From a bacterium (GTDB lineage Bacteria > UBA8248): a stretch of DNA of 64,000 nucleotides. Positions 57,236 to 64,000 of this stretch are shown here, in pieces. The translations under genes and the position numbers were made by a program. Position 1 is the stretch's first letter, and each line of letters begins with the position of its first letter. The notes beneath the pieces were generated by a model. The model worked only from the letters and a program-made list of their open reading frames with translations, ran no database searches and was not told the DNA's origin. The stretch is from assembly GCA_965213625.1 (NCBI GenBank), contig CBDBZU010000004.1, forward strand, positions 256,001-320,000, written 5' to 3'.

Positions 57236-58099
57236 ATGTCTTACTCGAAAGTCGTCGAACTTACTGAGGGAAAGGTTTACGTCCTCCACAATACATTTCC
57301 TCTGGATGGTCGCATAAGCGCATATCCCATCAGCGCGCGCGGGCACAGCGTCTCAAACTGCTATCTTTTGAAAGATGATTCAGGTGCGGTTCTGCTTGAT
57401 ACCGGCTACGCCACTCACGAGGCCGAAATCCTGGCGCAGCTGGAATCCCTCATCGAACCGGATACGCCCCTGCATCTGCTACCGCTGCGCATCAATGAAT
57501 TCATGTCGGTGGGCAACGCCATGGCGATCGCCAAACGCTTCAACGTGGTGGAGTGCCTCGCCCCCGTGCCGGAAATCAACGAATGGCTCGAGTTCGAAGC
57601 GCTCGAACCTAACGGTGGGAACAACGGCAATCCCATTCTTCCCACCACGATATTGAAACCGCTCCATCCCATCGAAATCGGAGATAGATATATCGAGGTG
57701 ATGATCGCGCCGATTCGCCTCATCAGCACCCGCTGGATTTACGATGCCGCCACACGCACGCTGTTCACCTCGGACTTGTTCAGTCACCTTTGGGCGGATA
57801 GCGCGGAAGGCCCATGGCTGCTGGATGAAGACAAGGTGACGACGACTTCTTTCGTTCGCTCTTTCTTGCTAAACACGCGCTACTGGTGGCTCGAAGGCGC
57901 GAGGACGGACTCCATCCGCAAAGGAATCGCCGAAGTCTTCGAGCGCTATGAGATCGAGACCATCGCTCCGGGCTACGGCGCCATCCTGCGCGGGCGTCAT
58001 CTGGTAGAGCAGCAATTCGCCGTGCTGGATGAGGTTCTGGCGGGTCTCGACCGGAGCGTCGTCAAGCCAGGGTACGTCGCGCTGGGCTTGGAGAGATAG
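57236..58099 (+). CDS. Metallo-beta-lactamase-fold protein with degenerate metal motif
   Basis: NCYLL......VLLDTG, WIYD..TRTLFTSDLF, IAPGYG; HxExxH motif replaced by LRINEFMS. Confidence 0.7.
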   Translation: MSYSKVVELTEGKVYVLHNTFPLDGRISAYPISARGHSVSNCYLLKDDSGAVLLDTGYATHEAEILAQLESLIEPDTPLHLLPLRINEFMSVGNAMAIAKRFNVVECLAPVPEINEWLEFEALEPNGGNNGNPILPTTILKPLHPIEIGDRYIEVMIAPIRLISTRWIYDAATRTLFTSDLFSHLWADSAEGPWLLDEDKVTTTSFVRSFLLNTRYWWLEGARTDSIRKGIAEVFERYEIETIAPGYGAILRGRHLVEQQFAVLDEVLAGLDRSVVKPGYVALGLER

Positions 58100-58107
58100 G
58101 AGCGCGC

Positions 58108-58869
58108 ATGAGTCATCCCCTGCCCCGTGAAGTCTCGCCCGGCGTCTTCTGGCTAGGTGACTGCCTCGTACAGCACTCTCAGGGCAAAATCTATCACTCC
58201 TACAACGCGGCCTTCCTCATTATCGGCTCAGAGGCCTCCATGCTCGTGGAGACGGGACATCCCAAAGATTTCCCCATTATCGAACGACAGATGAGAGATA
58301 TCCTTGCCAAAGGCGGCGGGCCGCTCAAACACCTTTTCCTCACCCATCAGGAAACGCCCCACTCGGGTGGTCTGGGCCGCGTGCTCGACAGATACCCCGA
58401 CCTCACCATCCACGGGGACATGTGCGACTACCATCTCGCATTTCCCGAGCACGAAGGCCGCTTTAAGGAAATGCGCGTGGGAGACGCCATCGACTTAGGC
58501 GATACGAAATTCATGGCCGTGGAGCCGGTGATCAGGGATTTGAGGAGTTCTCTCTGGGGATACGAGACCAAAGGTCGCGTACTGTTTCCCGGAGACGGCT
58601 TCGCCTACAGCCACTACCATACCGATGGTCACTGCGGGATGTTCGCCGAGGAGGCCACCTCTCTCGATCTGGTCGACGTGCTGGGCGTTTTCGCCGAACG
58701 CGCCCTGTTCTGGACCACCTTCACCGACATGAACATCTACGCCGATAAACTCGAAGAGTTGATGGCCGAGTTAAACGTCGAAGTTGTTGCACCGACGCAC
58801 GGCCTCCCCATCCGGGACATAGCGCAAACGATGCCCAAGGTGAGAGAGGGCCTCGTCCAGGGCAATTGA
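58108..58869 (+). CDS. Metallo-beta-lactamase-fold protein, flavodiiron/ODP-like, no flavodoxin domain
   Basis: NAAFLI, LVETG, THQETPHSGG, VLFPGDGF, VAPTHG. Confidence 0.75.
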   Translation: MSHPLPREVSPGVFWLGDCLVQHSQGKIYHSYNAAFLIIGSEASMLVETGHPKDFPIIERQMRDILAKGGGPLKHLFLTHQETPHSGGLGRVLDRYPDLTIHGDMCDYHLAFPEHEGRFKEMRVGDAIDLGDTKFMAVEPVIRDLRSSLWGYETKGRVLFPGDGFAYSHYHTDGHCGMFAEEATSLDLVDVLGVFAERALFWTTFTDMNIYADKLEELMAELNVEVVAPTHGLPIRDIAQTMPKVREGLVQGN

Positions 58870-58906
58870 AACGCAAGGTTTCCCCTGTGTCTGCCCAAAT
58901 CAAATC

Positions 58907-59305
58907 CTAGACGTCCTCCACCAGTTCCCACAGCGTGCCCATGGTGCTCTTGGGCTTGATAAAAGCGATGAGATGCCCGCCGAAGCCGGGCCTTGATTTC
59001 TCATCGATGAGTTCGAAGCCCTGCGCCTTCATGTCAGCCAGCACGCCGTCGATGTTCTTCACGTCGAAGGCCACGTGATGGAGACCCTCGCCCCGCTCTT
59101 CGATAAACTTGGCGAGAGGCGTATCCTGCTTGATGGGCGAAATGGGCTCGATGAGGTCGCCGCCCAGGTCCATCATGGCCAGATCGGTCGCACCGTCGGC
59201 GGAAGTCTCCCTCGCGAGCAGTTTCGCACCCATGCCTTCATAAAGAGCGATGGCGGCGTCCATGTCTTTCACCGCGACGCCGATGTGATGAAATTTGTTG
59301 AACAT
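58907..59305 (-). CDS. VOC family protein, methylmalonyl-CoA epimerase-like
   Basis: HHIGVAV.D, FIE.RGEGLHHVAF.V, LID...RPG..G..IAF..PKST.G.L.ELVE. Confidence 0.85.
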   Translation of the reverse strand: MFNKFHHIGVAVKDMDAAIALYEGMGAKLLARETSADGATDLAMMDLGGDLIEPISPIKQDTPLAKFIEERGEGLHHVAFDVKNIDGVLADMKAQGFELIDEKSRPGFGGHLIAFIKPKSTMGTLWELVEDV

Positions 59306-59498
59306 ATCCTTATTTCCTCCTTGTCAGGCGCAGCGAGGGGATTCATCCTCCTCGCCGCATCGATGTTTCGAAGATGTTTAGCAGGCTTCCCGGTATTCCA
59401 CAATCAAACCCGCCCGGGAAACTATACTTGGCAAAGCGTTTGCCGTATCCTGCGCGCATCAGCGAAATCATGCGAAACACATTTATGAGGAGAAATCC

Positions 59499-60059
59499 AT
59501 GACAGATCCCATCGACGGACACAGCACCTCCACCGTGCCGGGCGAGCGCGTCATCGACAAGCCGGAACTCCCCAAAGGTGGACTGTATACGGACAATACC
59601 GTCCACACCGAGATGCACGAAGGCTCCCTCCAGCTCAAACGCGGTACGGCGGGCGATTTCGAGATTTTCTGCGACGAGGGCGCGCACATCGGCGGTTCGG
59701 CCCAATACCCCACGCCTATGGCTTATCTCGCCATGGCGACAGGCTTCTGACTGCTTACCCAGGTGTCGCGGTACGCGCACATGATGAAAATGGAAATCAA
59801 GGGGGCGAGCGTCTCGGTCCGGTTCCGCAAGCTGCTGGGCGGCTCCGTGCTCAAGGGCACAGTCTTCAACAAGTGGGAGGCCGTGGACACGCACTTGAAA
59901 GTCGAATCGGACGAGCCTGCCGAGAAACTCGCGCATCTCATCAAGAACGCCAAGAACGGCTGCTTCGCCGAGGCCCTCATAACCGAGCCCGTGCCGCTCA
60001 ACTCCACCGTGGAGGTGAACGGCGAACCCTTCAATATAGAGGGCGTGACGGCGGATTAA
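59499..60059 (+). CDS. OsmC/Ohr-like protein, probable selenoprotein (Sec at TGA 59748-59750)
   Basis: ORFs 59499-59750 and 59763-60059 are in frame and join as DEG...GG....PTPMAYLAMATGF-U-LLTQVSRYA ... AKNGCFAE; SECIS-like hairpin follows the TGA. Confidence 0.85.
59763..59780 (+). promoter_or_regulatory. Candidate bacterial SECIS element
   Basis: GTG-T(bulge)-CGCG-GTA-CGCG-CAC starting 13 nt after the TGA, apical GU at +21/+22. Confidence 0.55.
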
Positions 60060-60082
60060 CACCCATATATGGAGTTTTTGGT

Positions 60083-60535
60083 ATGGAATATTTCAACGCA
60101 TCAGACGACGTCGCCTTCGGCTCACAGCCTGAGCCCGCCGACCTTGAATCCCTCGCGGCCAGAGGTGTGAAGACCATCATCAACACGCGTTTTCCCGAAG
60201 AAGACCAGGGCGATCTCCCGCCCGATCGCGCCAAAACCGAGGCGGAAGCGCTGGGAATGCGCTACATGAACATCCCCGTCTCGCCGGTCGAGTTCAGCCC
60301 CGCTTCGCTGGCCGAGGTAAGCCGCGCGCTCTCGGAAGCCAAGGCCCACGGGCCTGCGTTCGTACACTGAAAGGCCACTGGGCGAGCCGGGATTTGCTCG
60401 CTGAACCATCTGGCTGATGAGAACGACTGGTCGGCGGGGGATATGGAAGCCGCCGCCGACGCCACAGGCTTCGACTGGCGCGAGGCGCCGCTCGCGCCCA
60501 AGTACCGTGAGTTCTTCGCGCAGAGGCCCGGGTAG
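60083..60535 (+). CDS. DUF442/TIGR01244-like sulfurtransferase (PTP/rhodanese-type loop), probable selenoprotein (Sec at TGA 60368-60370)
   Basis: SQP...L..LA..GVKTIINTR..EE, AE.LGM.Y..IPV, GPAFVH-U-KATGRA, then 54 open codons (incl. ATGFD) to TAG 60533-60535; GGAG RBS. Confidence 0.85.
60381..60402 (+). promoter_or_regulatory. Candidate bacterial SECIS element
   Basis: GGCGAGC-CGGGATTT-GCTCGCT hairpin starting 11 nt after the TGA, G in second loop position. Confidence 0.55.
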
Positions 60536-60679
60536 ACGCAAAGAGGCCGCCGTAGCGCTCTGCCGCAGAGACGCGCTACCCCGCAACTACGCGCATTTGC
60601 CGTAGCTGATCGGCTCGCGGGCCATGGCAGAATTCCCCTGCGCAGCTACCGCTGCGTCCATTCCAGAGCAAATAATTTG

Positions 60680-60723
60680 TCGGTAATTTACCGATTAACC
60701 CCGTGAATTTATCGGTATTTATC
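60680..60723. promoter_or_regulatory. AT-rich 44-bp motif (second copy) containing palindrome TCGGTAA-T-TTACCGA
   Basis: 33/44 ungapped identity to 16879-16922. Confidence 0.45.
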
Positions 60724-60963
60724 GATATATCCAGAAACCCTTGGATATCGAGCCTTTCTCGCCTTTTCCCCTTCACTGAAAACAATCCCCTATTTAGTTG
60801 ATATTATTTCAGTTTAATCATTTTTCAGACTTCTCTCGAACCGAGCCTGCACCGATTCCGGATCGGCCCGGCGGAGTCTGTAATCAAGCCGAAAGCGGAT
60901 TCATTACAACGTCTGCGCGCCCGGGCGCAGGCGGGTCGGCGGTAAGGATGTAAGCGATGGGGT

Positions 60964-61803
60964 GTGTGCCAGGCTAACTGGTGCCAGTGCAGCCGGTGAA
61001 AGTCCGGCAGGAAGGAGAAGGTGAACCGCCACCTCCACCCCGAGTCATGGGCCGCCACTCGCGAGGGTGGGAGTCAAGCGTTGACAGGGGCGCGGGCGGG
61101 GCTATTGAGCATCGAAAGAATTATTGTCCGGGATGTCGAGGTTTTCCCCTCAGCCGAAGACAGCATCCGACCCGCCGATACGGCGAGGCGGGCCGGAATC
61201 CCGCGGTGTCAAAGAACCCACGCACGTACGTACGTACTTCACCGGGACCTGGGAGGTTTCCATGCCATCCCGCCGTAGTGGCGGGGCCGCAGAGGGAAGG
61301 AGGAATCCGTAGTCGATGATGAACGGCATGGAGAAGTCAGACTCAGGGCTAGTAGCCGAGAAGCCGACGAACAAGGGGACGCGAGTTCTGGCGGAGGCGG
61401 TGGAGCGAAGGGCCGGGCCCGAGGGGAATCCGGGAAGCCAAAGCACGCGCCGGACACAGGGCCGGGAAAGCGTGTCACAAGCGGTCGACCGGATACGGCA
61501 ATTCGTTGTACAGGAGCCACGGAGCGTCTGACGACGCTTCTCCACCACGTGACTCCCGATGCGCTGCGCAGGGCGTTCCTCGAGTTAAAGAGGGATGCTA
61601 CGGCATGCGCGGACGGAGTGACGTGGCGGATGTACGCGGAAGGGCTGGAAGGCCGACTGGCCGACCTGCACGAGCGCGTGCACTCGGAAGCTTACCGGGC
61701 GACGCCGTCACGGCGGGTGAACATCTCCAAGCCCGACGGCGGGACACGACCGCTCGGCGTCGCAGCCATCGAGGACAAGATAGTCCAGAAGGCCGTGACG
61801 GAG
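60964..61803 (+). mobile_element. Truncated group II intron (5' ribozyme domains plus start of RT; domains V/VI missing)
   Basis: GTGTGCC 5' end, CCGGTGAAAGTCCGG, CGCGAG, AAGCGTTGACAGGGG, TATTGAGC..CGAAA, GAGAAGTCAGAC elements typical of bacterial group II introns, then an RT frame. Confidence 0.88.
61316..61803 (+). pseudogene. Group II intron reverse transcriptase/maturase, frameshifted and truncated
   Basis: MNGMEKSD...KPTNK, frameshift near 61520, then ERLTTLLHHV, ADGVTW, Y...P.RRV.I.KPDGG.RPLG....EDKIVQ.AV; ends before YADD. Confidence 0.88.
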
Positions 61804-61965
61804 CGAAACATCGCCGTTCACAAGTTCCGAGAGCGTCGCGTGGCGTACGCCGAGTATCCGCGCCGCCGCCGTAACGCTCAACCCGAATTCCTCAAGTATT
61901 TCCAGGCAGATGAAGGCTCTGGGGTGCGAGGGTGGCATCCCCATCTTGATGCCGCCGCTGTTCAT
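61801..61965 (-). pseudogene. Truncated HigA antitoxin
   Basis: MPPSHP.AFI..EILEE.GLSVTAAA.ILGVR.ATLSELVNG..SL, then breaks into antisense RT; EMA.R segment missing. Confidence 0.8.
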
Positions 61966-62006
61966 CAGTGGTAGTCCTCCAGATTCAGACGCTCAATCCC
62001 GCCGTC
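61965..62006 (-). pseudogene. C-terminal remnant of a HigB toxin
   Basis: DGGIERLNLEDYH* with TGATG coupling to the higA start. Confidence 0.7.
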
Positions 62007-62110
62007 TCGTGGAGGCCCCGATCGCCGAGCGGGCATACGGCTCGTATTTGCGGGAGAATTCGCGTTTCGCGGAGTTGCGCTCAGGCTTGGAGTGTGAATA
62101 TTATGAATCT

Positions 62111-62425
62111 ATGAGACCTAACGCGATGGCTCTAAAGACGATAGCGGCAGTGGTGGCACTGGCGGTGACTTTCATGAGCGCACCGGCAACCGCGCACATT
62201 CCGAAATCCTGCCATGCAAAATACAACCAACAAATAAAGGCAGCTCATTATGACGTGAAATCTGTGGGACGTGTCGTGAAGAAACGTTTGAAAACAGAAG
62301 GATGGAGCGAAGACAAAGAAAAAATGAAAAAGATTGTACAATTGCTGCTCCTGGAAAGAAAAAGAATATCCAATCTTGCGAATTTGGTTATCAAACTCGC
62401 GGCGTGCGCCAATAAGAAAAAATAG
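62111..62425 (+). CDS. Small secreted basic helical protein with two Cys
   Basis: Signal peptide ...KTIAAVVALAVTFMSAPATA|HIP; Lys-rich mature part; AT-rich codon usage; start at 62111 or 62126. Confidence 0.6.
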   Translation: MRPNAMALKTIAAVVALAVTFMSAPATAHIPKSCHAKYNQQIKAAHYDVKSVGRVVKKRLKTEGWSEDKEKMKKIVQLLLLERKRISNLANLVIKLAACANKKK

Positions 62426-62535
62426 AAACCACGGCTTTCGAACCAGAGGATTCCGATGAGTTGGATTGTCGGACCGGGAGATGGACAATGTTAAAAAATC
62501 TGAATTCATACCCATGTAATAACTGCGCAAGTCCT

Positions 62536-62550
62536 CCCCCCCCCCCCCCC
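62536..62550. repeat. C15 homopolymer tract
   Basis: 15 consecutive C in an intergenic region. Confidence 0.9.
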
Positions 62551-62858
62551 GAGAATCTCGGTACTAACTTTTTTCAGATCGGCATCGGAAAAGAACCACA
62601 TGGAAATTCCGGCGCCGATACCTTTCCAGGTTCCATTTCAAACCGTCCAGGCCACAGTTCGGCTTCGAACTTACGTCTCGGAAACCCTCTTGAGAACGGG
62701 CATCCATCAACCCTTGCGCCCAAGTTACGGGCAGAAAAATGCTTTAGGCTGTTGAAATCAGGGTCTGTTCCTGGTCATTCGAGTTCAAGTATTCGGGAGC
62801 CTATCTTGTTCGTTCTTGCTGATGTGGTTGCCGAATTAACCACAACCAAGAGAATAAA

Positions 62859-64000
62859 ATGACGCGACACAATAAGAAAGTAAACCATAAAACCTTTTTT
62901 TCTTTCATGATGATTTTGATAAAAATTGCTTGCGTTTACACATTATCGGGCTGTGGTGGAGGGTGTGGCGGTAGCATGCCCGGCACTGGCCCAATGGTAA
63001 TGCCGGAACAGCCGGAAATGCCCGAGCAGCCGCCAATGGATACTGTCACGCTCCCAATGGATTTCGTCACCCACGCAAATCCTGGTGCGTTGGACCCGCT
63101 GCTGTCGTTCCGCGCCGAGTCAGCTCCCGCGTCCAGCAGGTTCGATTACCAACGCGAAGCTCCCTCTGGTGCTCCCGCGCTTGAGATCACCCGCTACACG
63201 GCACCCGGAACAATTGCGCCCGCTGATCTGACACCAATGTTAGAACGCGCGGCCAAGCTCTGGACCAGGCGCTTCTTGGGTCTCCGAGCCCCTGGTAGGG
63301 AGCATCAATTCTTCCCGCATGCGGAACCAGGCGCCGATATCCGGATTGAACTGGATTTCCTCGTCGGCTATGAGCAACCTCGCTGTCCAGACACTGCTGC
63401 CTGTGGGAACCATTACGGTGATCGCCTGATGCTGCCCTCCGGGCGCGCAAATGGCGGTGAGAATCCGCACGTTACCGTCATGACTGCGTTTCTGACCCGG
63501 AATGTACGCGATGGAAAACTCACGATCGGCGGTTTTCGTACACTGGCGCACGAGTTCGGACATATTTTCGACCACGGCGACCAGAGCAACGATGGTAATT
63601 ACCATTCGGATTGCCGTGGCGGTGCTATCATGTGCGATATCTGGGACTCGAACGTACCTGCGGTCCCGGTAGAACAAGACTTCGACGGTATTCGTCACCA
63701 TTACGATTTGAGGCCCCACCTCGACTACGAACAGTTCGGCATCTGGGCCGAAGTTCCGGGAGAAAATTCTAACCTCGAGCGCTTCGGCGTGTATGTAAGG
63801 CGAATGCTGACGGTCAAGGATGCCATCGATATTTGGGATGTATCGGCCTCCGAATTCATCAGCGATCTGGTCTCGAGCTAGACCATCGTCTTGGGCGTCG
63901 CGAGCAGCGGACCGCACCCCGGCATTGGAACAGTGACGTGGAGCGGCGACCTGATCGCGGTCGATACGACTCGTTTCCAACCGATCCTTGGCACGGCTCG
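62859..64000 (+). pseudogene. Zinc metalloprotease-motif lipoprotein interrupted by an in-frame TAG (63879-63881); frame continues past the window end
   Basis: LSG-C + Gly-rich linker, MPEQP repeats, AHEFGH...H...AIM. After the TAG the frame stays open: TIVLGVASSGPHPGIGTVTWSGDLIAVDTTRFQPILGTA. Confidence 0.65.

Noticed and set aside
59748-60370. TGA reassigned to Trp/Gly (genetic code 4/25) as the explanation for the in-frame TGAs
   Set aside because: TGA is a normal stop elsewhere (ureG/ureD, permease/ATPase and higB/higA TGATG overlaps), Trp is encoded by TGG, and both TGAs sit at catalytic Cys columns.
63879-63881. Pyrrolysine codon
   Set aside because: Not a methylamine methyltransferase context and no pyl genes are visible; a nonsense mutation is more parsimonious.

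Overview
GC-rich bacterial chromosomal window, mostly catabolic and transport genes. Contents in order: (1) 1-19.8 kb catabolic block: ACAD, ketopantoate-reductase-like, cupin, Fe-ADH, SnoaL-like, TPP enzyme, TAXI-TRAP, DHDPS-like aldolase, ABC system, Baeyer-Villiger monooxygenase, amidase. (2) An orphan higA. (3) A complete urtABCDE-ureABCEFGD urea uptake/urease operon. (4) MmgE/PrpD, MetE-like and tctABC. (5) An RTX-repeat protein, a second amidase, a second ABC system and an S8 protease. (6) tRNA-Ser(GCT) followed by a 2.4-kb islet closed by a 14-bp copy of the tRNA 3' end. (7) The conserved ffs(SRP RNA)-dnaX-ybaB-recR unit. (8) A decayed right end: truncated group II intron fused to a higBA remnant, and a TAG-interrupted metalloprotease lipoprotein. 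The most notable signal is missed by the ORF track: two adjacent genes (59499-60059 OsmC-like; 60083-60535 DUF442/rhodanese-phosphatase fold) each carry an in-frame TGA exactly at the catalytic Cys position, followed by a SECIS-like hairpin. This is a candidate two-selenoprotein operon, next to a VOC enzyme and an intact/degenerate pair of diiron-type MBL-fold proteins. Intergenic regions hold a family of composite REP/MITE elements, including a perfect 52-bp inverted-repeat MITE inserted at the apex of a REP hairpin. All calls come from motif recognition by eye; no database searches were run. The gene content resembles Nitrospinota/Tectomicrobia-like marine or sponge-associated bacteria, but that is a weak inference.
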